A stretch of 64,000 bases of DNA from a virus. Taxonomy: Duplodnaviria > Caudoviricetes. The position numbers and the translations under genes are program-made. The notes beneath the pieces are model-generated. The model saw only the letters and a list, made by a program, of their open reading frames with translations, was not told the DNA's origin and did not search any database. The stretch spans positions 15,788 to 79,787 of the IMG/VR virus record IMGVR_UViG_3300031760_000032. The stretch is one strand, 5' to 3'. Shown here piece after piece: positions 56,697 through 64,000 of this stretch. The number at the start of each line of letters is the position of its first letter. Within the stretch, counting starts at the first letter, position 1.

Positions 56697-57482
56697 ATGA
56701 ATGAGTTATATAAGAAGACCTTATATACTATGAATGTAAAATGGCTCATTCATGAAATCTTTGAATACGATATCTCTAAAGCTAATATATCCATACTGTT
56801 ACGGTATGGATATATTTCTCCACAAGAGTTTAATATGTATTCTCAGATGAATAGAATGCAAAGACAAATTGCAATCGGTAGACTTCAACAGAATCCTGTA
56901 TATTCTTCTGCTATTAGTAGAGGATTTGAAGAAGCTAGAAAAAATCTAATAATCTCTAACAATATCAAAGAAGATGAGATTGTATCTATTAAGAAAGATG
57001 CACTTTATGTAATGAATAGACTGAATGTGACAAATTTCGGTAATATTCACTTTACACTTCGAGGAACATACTCAATGTTCTTGATTTGCATGGGGTTGGA
57101 AATATACTTCTTCTGGGACGAGAGAACTGATAATTATGACATCCAGATTAAAGGTATTAGTGATGATAAGTTATATCTTCATGAAGCTTTCATATCTATC
57201 ATATGTGATATCTTGAGAAATGTACAAAAGCAAGATATTCAATCAGCGATGGTTATGATTAGTCAGATTAGAGGGAAGTATGATAGTGGAGAACTTCCTG
57301 TAGAATGCTATAGAGAATTTAACTCTTCATCCTGTTATAGACTTAAAGGTATGGATTATGGAGTTATTGACTTGACTCAAGATGAAATGCTGACTCTATT
57401 ACCGCATATTGACAAGTCCTATAACTGTGCATTCTTATTAGAGATTCATAAGATTATAATGGAAATGATGTTTACCAGATAA
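56697..57482 (+). CDS. Possible family-B polymerase palm-like protein
   Basis: EYDISKANISIL and SIKKDALYV resemble polymerase motifs A and C; start at 56697. Confidence 0.35.
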   Translation: MNELYKKTLYTMNVKWLIHEIFEYDISKANISILLRYGYISPQEFNMYSQMNRMQRQIAIGRLQQNPVYSSAISRGFEEARKNLIISNNIKEDEIVSIKKDALYVMNRLNVTNFGNIHFTLRGTYSMFLICMGLEIYFFWDERTDNYDIQIKGISDDKLYLHEAFISIICDILRNVQKQDIQSAMVMISQIRGKYDSGELPVECYREFNSSSCYRLKGMDYGVIDLTQDEMLTLLPHIDKSYNCAFLLEIHKIIMEMMFTR

Positions 57483-57484
57483 CG

Positions 57485-57517
57485 AGAAACGTGCTCTTTG
57501 TAGCACGTTTCTTTTTT
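57485..57517 (+). terminator. Intrinsic terminator
   Basis: agaaacgtgct/agcacgtttct stem plus T run. Confidence 0.85.
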
Positions 57518-57568
57518 GTCTTATTAGTGGAACTTTAATATAAAGATTCTTGTAAAGGAGGAAACAGT

Positions 57569-60500
57569 ATGTCAACAAACTTCTTAAATAGACGTATGGA
57601 TTTGCTACATAGCGCAGCAATAAATACGAACTTTCTTACTATGGATACTAGTTATCCTGTTAAGATTGCTGGTAAAATATTAAAGCTGTTTACTGCAGCT
57701 GATATCTTTAATACAAATGATTGGGTACTTCAAAATACTGAAAGTGAATCTATTCTTACAATTAGCTCTAATCATGTATATGACTTTGCAGGTAGAGTTA
57801 TTAAGAATAATATCGGTGAAGAAAAAGCATATGCTACTAATGCCGATGTATATAAACTCAATGATTATGTAATGGTAATCATTGATTTTGATGATGAACA
57901 TAGCAATGCTAACCCATCTATCCATCTTTGTTCTCAGACTAACTTTGCAAACTTTATCACTGGTGGAAGTGGTAGTGGAAATGATTGCAAATTTAAGTTA
58001 TTTGATATAACTGGCGATACTCCAATGGGTAATGGTTTTGATTATAATATAGATACAGATGTATTTGAATCTGCAATCGAATTTGATAATTTAGAAGATT
58101 CTCATGCTTTAATACGTCATTCTTCTGATAATATAGTATATGAACTGCCCGTTAAAGACAATAACAATAATTATTCCATGAAGCCAGTATCAAATTTAGA
58201 AACAATTGATATCAATAGTATCAATATGTCTATTCAAAATTTCATATACCCTTCTATAAATATTCAATCTGTTAATGTAACAGGAGGATTTGATACTCAA
58301 GATGGACTAGAACTGTATAAAGTATATAATGGTTCATTCTCTGATAAGTTTATAGAAGAGTATTGTTTCACTGAAGAAGAGATGCTTAATCTTGGATTAT
58401 GGAATGCTGATTATGTTAACTATATAAAATCATATTATAATAACATAAGCGGTGATAAGTCAGAATACTACTACGTATTAAAGAGTAGTAGTAGAGAATA
58501 TGATAGTGATGAATTAGATAGTGAGCTTAAATTTACTCCTATCAAGATTAGTAATAATAAGATAATGACTATAGATTATATAACCAATAACGCATTTACT
58601 GTAGGTGATAAAAAAGTAGAAGTTACTTATATCGGAGAGAGTTCTAAGTACTTTGGAAATTTCTGGGGTAATGATTTAACTACTGGATATTCTTATTTCT
58701 GGTATAATGGAGACTATGGTAAGCTGAGTATCTATAATCTTACATATATAAATGATAATGGTAAATCTGTAGACATAGATTCTTATGATGTTAACTATAC
58801 AGATTATATAAACAATGGCGGGAATATAGATAATGCTGACCGTATATTCCATAAAAATTATAATTTAACTGGTGCTGAAGATAGTGAAGCCTATGTAAAC
58901 CGTTTTATAGACTTCTTCTGTAATGATGATTCATCTTACAAATCATTTTTACTTGGTAGAGCTTATGGTTTATCTAATGGTACTTCTGGTGATAATGCTA
59001 TTACCTTTAAAAGTGAAGCTTCTAATTCAAAAGTTATATCTAATACAGTAATAATGTATCCAGAACTTTATGAGAATGTGTTGTTTGATAAAGATGGTGA
59101 TACATTTACTCATTCTTCTGAGAAGATTAGAAACTTCACATCTCTATATAATGGAGAATCTACAACTGATTTTGATAGAACTGATTACTATAATGAATCG
59201 AGAATTAGTGCTAGGTCTAATATAAATAACTATTATACTGTATATGAACTGTTTGACCATGCAAATACTATAGAAAATGCTGTTCCTCAAGATTTAACAA
59301 ATGGTGATACTTATAATTATGAAACCGTAATAAAGGGTACTGAATATAAGTATAAGTATAGATGTAATAAAGCGTTGAATAGTGACTATGGTAAGATACT
59401 TGTTATAACAAATAATGATAACGTTACTAAAAAGATACTTCTAAGTATTGTAAATAAGCTCATAGTTTCTAGAATAGCTGCACCTTATTATACTGATACT
59501 AAACCAAGTTATAATAATGCAGAAATCGGACATAGCTCTGTTGTTGTAAGACAAGATATCAATAGTGCTACTGATTCTATTGAAGCAGATGGCAATAATA
59601 TTGTTATAAATTTCAATGGTATATCATATCAATTATATAAGATTGTAAAAGATGGAACAAATCTTACTCATACTGCAGTAACAACAAGTAACTTTAAGAC
59701 TGATTCTAGTACAGAAACATCTAACTTAGAATACTACTACTTCATTACTGATGAGTATGTATATAGAATCAAGTATTTCTGGAAATCTAGTGACACTTCT
59801 AAGGCTGTAAATGCTTATGATTATTATACAATATCTAGATTATTTAAATATACAGAGGATATAACAGAAGCAAACTGTCATAATAATACATTTACAAAGG
59901 CATATGTAGCAGCATATGTAAATACAGAAAGTGCTACTGTAAATAGTGCTGTTAGTTCGTTCAATAGTCTAAGAAGCTCTAGTCAACTTTCTATCGTAGA
60001 ATACATTGTTAAGGCATTTAACTTCTATCCAGTATCTCCATCTAACGATGAATTCATTACAAATTTACATTTTACATCTTCTGTAGATGAATTTAATGTA
60101 TGTACAACAGATTTGATACTTGATGACTTCTATCTGGTATATCCAAGAAATGTAGGAGATATTACAAAGAATGACGGTACTGGTTTACGAAAAACTGATT
60201 TCTATGGTGATTATGTAGTTTATCAGAATGGTCAAATCCCATCGCTATCTAATGTATCTAAAAACGGTTCTCTAATCTACTCTATACAAAATTATAATAA
60301 GTTCATCCAGAAAGAACTTGTTAGTGATAGAATAAATACCGTTGAATTTAAGTACATAAACGGTATTGGTATTAGAGAAGATTACTATGTAAACAAGTCT
60401 CTATATGATTTCTATAATAGTGCTGTATCAAGAAACCTAGCAATACCTAAAGATGATACAAATAGCATCAGAAAATTCAATGAATCACCATTCAGCTTCT

Positions 60501-61462
60501 TTAAGAAATCTGATGTAGCTAATATAACTAATACAGAGAATATTAACGGTAAAATCAAATTCAAATCAGGTACATCTAATTATACACTAAAGTCTAGTCT
60601 ATATGTCTCAACAGATATAGATTCTTCAAATATCTATAACTTCAATAAATCTACAATTTATAGTAAAGAAGAAGACCCTAATAGTTCTGAAGTTAGATAT
60701 GTAGATGCTACTAAAGATTACTCATCTAATGATAATATATTTGTAAATGTATCTAAGGCTGGAGATAAAATTATATATTCTATAGCTATTAGTGATGCGA
60801 ATATAACATCTCCGTCTATAGTTCCATTATCTGGTATGATGGATGATATAGATGATGATAAAATTAAATGGGATTCTTTATTAATAGCTCTCTTCAATGA
60901 CAAATCTATAGACTTATTATCTAGCCCATTAAGACAAATCAAATCTTCGTTAAATACAGATTTAGTTGATACTGGACAAAATATTAATGATTCAGTAGAT
61001 ATCAACGATGATGTATCAACTTTAGCTAATTCTCATGATAATATCTTTGATGTCGATAGCAAATACTATAAAGAGCATAACGCAGAATTTGATAGTAAAC
61101 ATAATGTATATAAATTCAATTACGGTTATGGATTTATAAATCAGAGAAGAGACGTAAATAACAGAGGTGTGATAGTATTTGTGTCTGACGGTTCTTATAC
61201 ATCTCAAATAAGAAATGGTGCTGAAGAACCACCAGAAGATTACAGATATCAATTTACAGAAGGTAATATATATCCAAAACGTATGTATATTAATAATGAC
61301 GGTCTTCTTTGTACAAAGGAATACTTTGATAATGAGGCTGCTGAATATACTCCTGCTGGTGGTACTGGACCTGTATATCCAGACAATCCTACAACTATTG
61401 CAGCTCTTCTTAAGAAGATTGAAGAACTCGAAAATAGAATTACTACACTTGAAGGTAACTAA
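57569..61462 (+). CDS. Large virion protein, probably a tail fibre or appendage
   Basis: 1297 aa, Asn/Tyr/Ser-rich; C-terminal coil LLKKIEELENRITTLE; next to the endolysin. Confidence 0.55.
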   Translation: MSTNFLNRRMDLLHSAAINTNFLTMDTSYPVKIAGKILKLFTAADIFNTNDWVLQNTESESILTISSNHVYDFAGRVIKNNIGEEKAYATNADVYKLNDYVMVIIDFDDEHSNANPSIHLCSQTNFANFITGGSGSGNDCKFKLFDITGDTPMGNGFDYNIDTDVFESAIEFDNLEDSHALIRHSSDNIVYELPVKDNNNNYSMKPVSNLETIDINSINMSIQNFIYPSINIQSVNVTGGFDTQDGLELYKVYNGSFSDKFIEEYCFTEEEMLNLGLWNADYVNYIKSYYNNISGDKSEYYYVLKSSSREYDSDELDSELKFTPIKISNNKIMTIDYITNNAFTVGDKKVEVTYIGESSKYFGNFWGNDLTTGYSYFWYNGDYGKLSIYNLTYINDNGKSVDIDSYDVNYTDYINNGGNIDNADRIFHKNYNLTGAEDSEAYVNRFIDFFCNDDSSYKSFLLGRAYGLSNGTSGDNAITFKSEASNSKVISNTVIMYPELYENVLFDKDGDTFTHSSEKIRNFTSLYNGESTTDFDRTDYYNESRISARSNINNYYTVYELFDHANTIENAVPQDLTNGDTYNYETVIKGTEYKYKYRCNKALNSDYGKILVITNNDNVTKKILLSIVNKLIVSRIAAPYYTDTKPSYNNAEIGHSSVVVRQDINSATDSIEADGNNIVINFNGISYQLYKIVKDGTNLTHTAVTTSNFKTDSSTETSNLEYYYFITDEYVYRIKYFWKSSDTSKAVNAYDYYTISRLFKYTEDITEANCHNNTFTKAYVAAYVNTESATVNSAVSSFNSLRSSSQLSIVEYIVKAFNFYPVSPSNDEFITNLHFTSSVDEFNVCTTDLILDDFYLVYPRNVGDITKNDGTGLRKTDFYGDYVVYQNGQIPSLSNVSKNGSLIYSIQNYNKFIQKELVSDRINTVEFKYINGIGIREDYYVNKSLYDFYNSAVSRNLAIPKDDTNSIRKFNESPFSFFKKSDVANITNTENINGKIKFKSGTSNYTLKSSLYVSTDIDSSNIYNFNKSTIYSKEEDPNSSEVRYVDATKDYSSNDNIFVNVSKAGDKIIYSIAISDANITSPSIVPLSGMMDDIDDDKIKWDSLLIALFNDKSIDLLSSPLRQIKSSLNTDLVDTGQNINDSVDINDDVSTLANSHDNIFDVDSKYYKEHNAEFDSKHNVYKFNYGYGFINQRRDVNNRGVIVFVSDGSYTSQIRNGAEEPPEDYRYQFTEGNIYPKRMYINNDGLLCTKEYFDNEAAEYTPAGGTGPVYPDNPTTIAALLKKIEELENRITTLEGN

Positions 61463-61505
61463 TAATTTATCATTGTTAGAGAGACCCGTTAATTTGGGTC
61501 TCTCT

Positions 61506-61517
61506 AACATTATATTA
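61506..61517 (+). promoter_or_regulatory. Class B promoter overlapping the terminator hairpin at 61475-61508
   Basis: AACA-ttatat-TA. Confidence 0.55.
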
Positions 61518-61540
61518 AAATACTAAAAGGAGGTATTTAT

Positions 61541-63244
61541 ATGCTTAAAGGTGTAGATATTTCTAAATGGAATGGTAGTATTGACTTTTCCAAACTCAAG
61601 GGACAAGTAGATTTTGTCATTATGAGAGCTGGATATGGTAGACTTACTTCTCAAAAAGATGAACGCTTTGAAGAATATTATGCTGCTTGTGAAAAGTATG
61701 GTATTCCAAAGGGTTGTTATTGGGTGTCTTATGCTACATCTGGTCCTGAAGCTGTTCTAGAAGCTAATGCTTTTCTTTCTTGTGTAAAGGGTAAGAAGTT
61801 TGAATATCCTGTTATGTTTGACTATGAAGCATTTCCAGGATATGAAAAACAAAAAGAACCTTCTGTTGCTAGAGAAGTAATAACTAGTTTTATGAATACA
61901 GTAAAAAGTGCTGGTTATTATATAGGTCTGTATTCTTACTATCTTATGTTTAAGAATTGTATTCCTATTGATATGCAGGATGGTAGATATGATATCTGGC
62001 TTGCACATTATACTTCTTCTACTCCTTATACTGGACATAAAGTATGGCAGTATTCTTCCAAAGGAAGACTTAATGGAATACCTTGTGATTTCGATATGAA
62101 CTACTGTTATATAGATAATTATCCAGAGATTATTCAGAAGGGTGGTTATAATGGTTATACTAAGAATGGTGAAGTTGTAACACCTACACCAGTAGTAAAA
62201 CCTACAAATGTAACTTATCCTATTGATTCTTCTACAACTACATATGAACAGAAACATTATGCTTATAACGATAAGACTCAGTTATCTAAGCACTTTAATG
62301 TACAAGAGTTCAAGTGTAAGTGTGGTAAACAGCATGATATTGTAATCAATACTAGACTTGTTGCTGGACTTGAAAAGCTGTTTGAGAAGTTTGACTGCTC
62401 TATGATTATTGTAAATAGCGGATATCGTTGTCCTGAATATGATATTCATATGAATGGCTTTGCTGGTAAACATTCTGTCGGCGATGCTGCGGACGTAGTA
62501 TTATATGATAAGAATAAAGCTGTTATTTCTACCAAGAAGATTTCTTGTGCTGCTCAAGATATGGGAGATATATTTGGTGGTATTGCAAATATAAACAAGA
62601 CTTATACAGCAATTCATCTTGATGTAAGGCAAGGTTGTATATGGCTTGGTAATGAAGTTATTTCTAATAACACCGTTACTAGTAACTTCTATTCTTACTA
62701 TGGTCTTTCTAAAGAAGATGTATATGGTAAGACTGCTCCTGTTGTTACACCAAAGCCAGTTGTAGAAACTCCTAAGGTAGAACCTAAGATTAATACACTT
62801 GCTGCTGGAACTAAGATTAATCTTAGCAATACAAATCTCTATGCTTCTTCTACTGCATCTAATGCAGTTAGAAAACTATCTGGTGACTATTATGTATATG
62901 ATGGTCAAGTAGTAAATGGAAAAATTCGTATTACTAACTCTGCTGATAGAGTAGGTAAAGGTATGAGTAATGTAACTGGTTGGATAAATGCTTCGTCTGT
63001 AACAGCTAATAAGAAGGAAGATACTGTTATTACTGCTGGTAAAGAAGTAAAACTTAACAGCACACCTCTTTATGCTTCTGCAAGTTCTTCCAGATATTCT
63101 TCTAGAAAGACTGGTACTTACTATGTGTACAGTGATGAAGTGATTAAAGGAAGAATTCGTATTACTAACAAAAAAGAAAATGTAGGAAGGACACCAGCAG
63201 GTAATTATGTAACTGGCTTTGTTAATGTATCTGATATTAAGTAA
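61541..63244 (+). CDS. Endolysin: GH25 muramidase, peptidase M15 and two SH3-like cell-wall-binding repeats
   Basis: KGVDISKWNG..FVIMRAGYG; LSKHF..EFKCKCG..SGYRC..H..GDAADV..IHLDVR; two AG..(I/V)xL...LYAS..Y(Y)VY..G.IRITN repeats. Confidence 0.9.
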   Translation: MLKGVDISKWNGSIDFSKLKGQVDFVIMRAGYGRLTSQKDERFEEYYAACEKYGIPKGCYWVSYATSGPEAVLEANAFLSCVKGKKFEYPVMFDYEAFPGYEKQKEPSVAREVITSFMNTVKSAGYYIGLYSYYLMFKNCIPIDMQDGRYDIWLAHYTSSTPYTGHKVWQYSSKGRLNGIPCDFDMNYCYIDNYPEIIQKGGYNGYTKNGEVVTPTPVVKPTNVTYPIDSSTTTYEQKHYAYNDKTQLSKHFNVQEFKCKCGKQHDIVINTRLVAGLEKLFEKFDCSMIIVNSGYRCPEYDIHMNGFAGKHSVGDAADVVLYDKNKAVISTKKISCAAQDMGDIFGGIANINKTYTAIHLDVRQGCIWLGNEVISNNTVTSNFYSYYGLSKEDVYGKTAPVVTPKPVVETPKVEPKINTLAAGTKINLSNTNLYASSTASNAVRKLSGDYYVYDGQVVNGKIRITNSADRVGKGMSNVTGWINASSVTANKKEDTVITAGKEVKLNSTPLYASASSSRYSSRKTGTYYVYSDEVIKGRIRITNKKENVGRTPAGNYVTGFVNVSDIK

Positions 63245-63250
63245 TATAAA

Positions 63251-63284
63251 AGAACAGGGACACAAAAGTCCCTGTTCTTATTCT
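63251..63284 (+). terminator. Intrinsic terminator
   Basis: aagaacagggac/gtccctgttctt stem. Confidence 0.85.
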
Positions 63285-63336
63285 TTGACTCGGAGAACTA
63301 TTTAGTAATGACTTAATAATGTTAGGAGGTAATTAT

Positions 63337-64000
63337 ATGGAACAGGATAAAGTAATCCTTAATGGAAATGATTTCCCTGATATTACTATGTATTTAAACA
63401 ACGGAAATCCTACACTAAGAAGTCCATCTTCTGTTTATGAAGTATCTTTAATGCAAACTAAAGAAACACTTGCTGATATTGATAGTTATAGTAGATTCAT
63501 TAAAAATGCTATTACTCAATTCAGACATAATGGTAGATTCTATAAAGCATATAAGGCTCATTTAATGGAGCTTGGTTTAGACCATTGTGCTTATTTACAT
63601 AATGTAAGTTCTGATATGGCAGAGCTTGAAATGAACCATGTTATTCTTACATTATTTGATGTAGCTCTTATGATTTGTGAGCACTATATTAATACATATG
63701 GTCAGGTATCTACTTTCCATATTGTAGGTGCTTTAAGAGAAGAGCATAAACATAATAGAGTACCAATCATTATGATGTCTAAAACTGTACACCAGTTATA
63801 TCATGATGATGATTTATTCTATGTACATCCTAATCAAGTATTTGGTAAATGGACTGAACTGATTAGAAATTACTGTAATGGTATTACACCAGAAATTTGT
63901 AATAAACTGTTATACTATATTAGACTTGCTCTTAAAGAGAAAGAATCTAATGATAATGAATTGCTCACCTTAGCAAACGAAATTAAGAATTGGAGTGAAA
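63337..64000 (+). CDS. Hypothetical protein (possible His-Me finger), truncated by the window edge; not in the ORF track
   Basis: AGGAGGT RBS, ATG at 63337, open to the end; DHC...ELEMNH...VHQLYH pattern. Confidence 0.75.
   Translation, partial: MEQDKVILNGNDFPDITMYLNNGNPTLRSPSSVYEVSLMQTKETLADIDSYSRFIKNAITQFRHNGRFYKAYKAHLMELGLDHCAYLHNVSSDMAELEMNHVILTLFDVALMICEHYINTYGQVSTFHIVGALREEHKHNRVPIIMMSKTVHQLYHDDDLFYVHPNQVFGKWTELIRNYCNGITPEICNKLLYYIRLALKEKESNDNELLTLANEIKNWSE

Noticed and set aside
1-64000. Stop-codon reassignment as seen in some gut jumbo phages
   Set aside because: Long conserved genes are intact in code 11, and TAA, TAG and TGA all occur at ORF ends; reading through the micro-ORF stops at 7584 and 7670 does not give long ORFs
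1-64000. Phage nucleus shell (chimallin), PhuZ tubulin, integrase, inteins or tRNAs
   Set aside because: No recognisable motifs in this window; absence here says nothing about the rest of the genome

Overview
64 kb of a very AT-rich, gene-dense jumbo bacteriophage genome of the AR9/PBS1 (phiKZ-related) type. Strong GGAGG Shine-Dalgarno sites, anaerobic ribonucleotide reductase (nrdD/nrdG) and a GH25 endolysin point to an anaerobic Firmicutes host (inference). Core genes: the N-terminal half of a split RNA polymerase beta' subunit carrying the catalytic DxDGD motif, a candidate sigma-like subunit, primase, terminase large subunit, GroEL-like chaperonin, baseplate, neck and tail-fibre proteins, a probable SSB, a PD-(D/E)XK exonuclease and a protein-kinase-like protein. 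nrdD is split by two group I introns whose splice sites can be placed exactly; one carries a frameshifted LAGLIDADG endonuclease. Accessory content: a tail-fibre-type operon with BspA-like leucine-rich repeats, Tad2-like, AIPR and MYG1 genes, two HEXXH proteins next to an XRE regulator, a 4x ribbon-helix-helix protein and hyper-acidic small proteins. The strongest non-coding signal is a two-class promoter grammar. Class A is TATAYHAT-N4-GYG, in each case followed at once by a 5' hairpin, mostly upstream of accessory genes. Class B is AAC(A/T)-N6-TA, matching the AR9 late promoter, upstream of most core genes. Two class A units are unusual: one encodes only two micro-ORFs (7465-7724) and one has a ~220 nt highly structured leader (45221-45442). 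All family calls come from motif recognition by eye; no searches were run. Several starts are corrected from the ORF track using RBS position.
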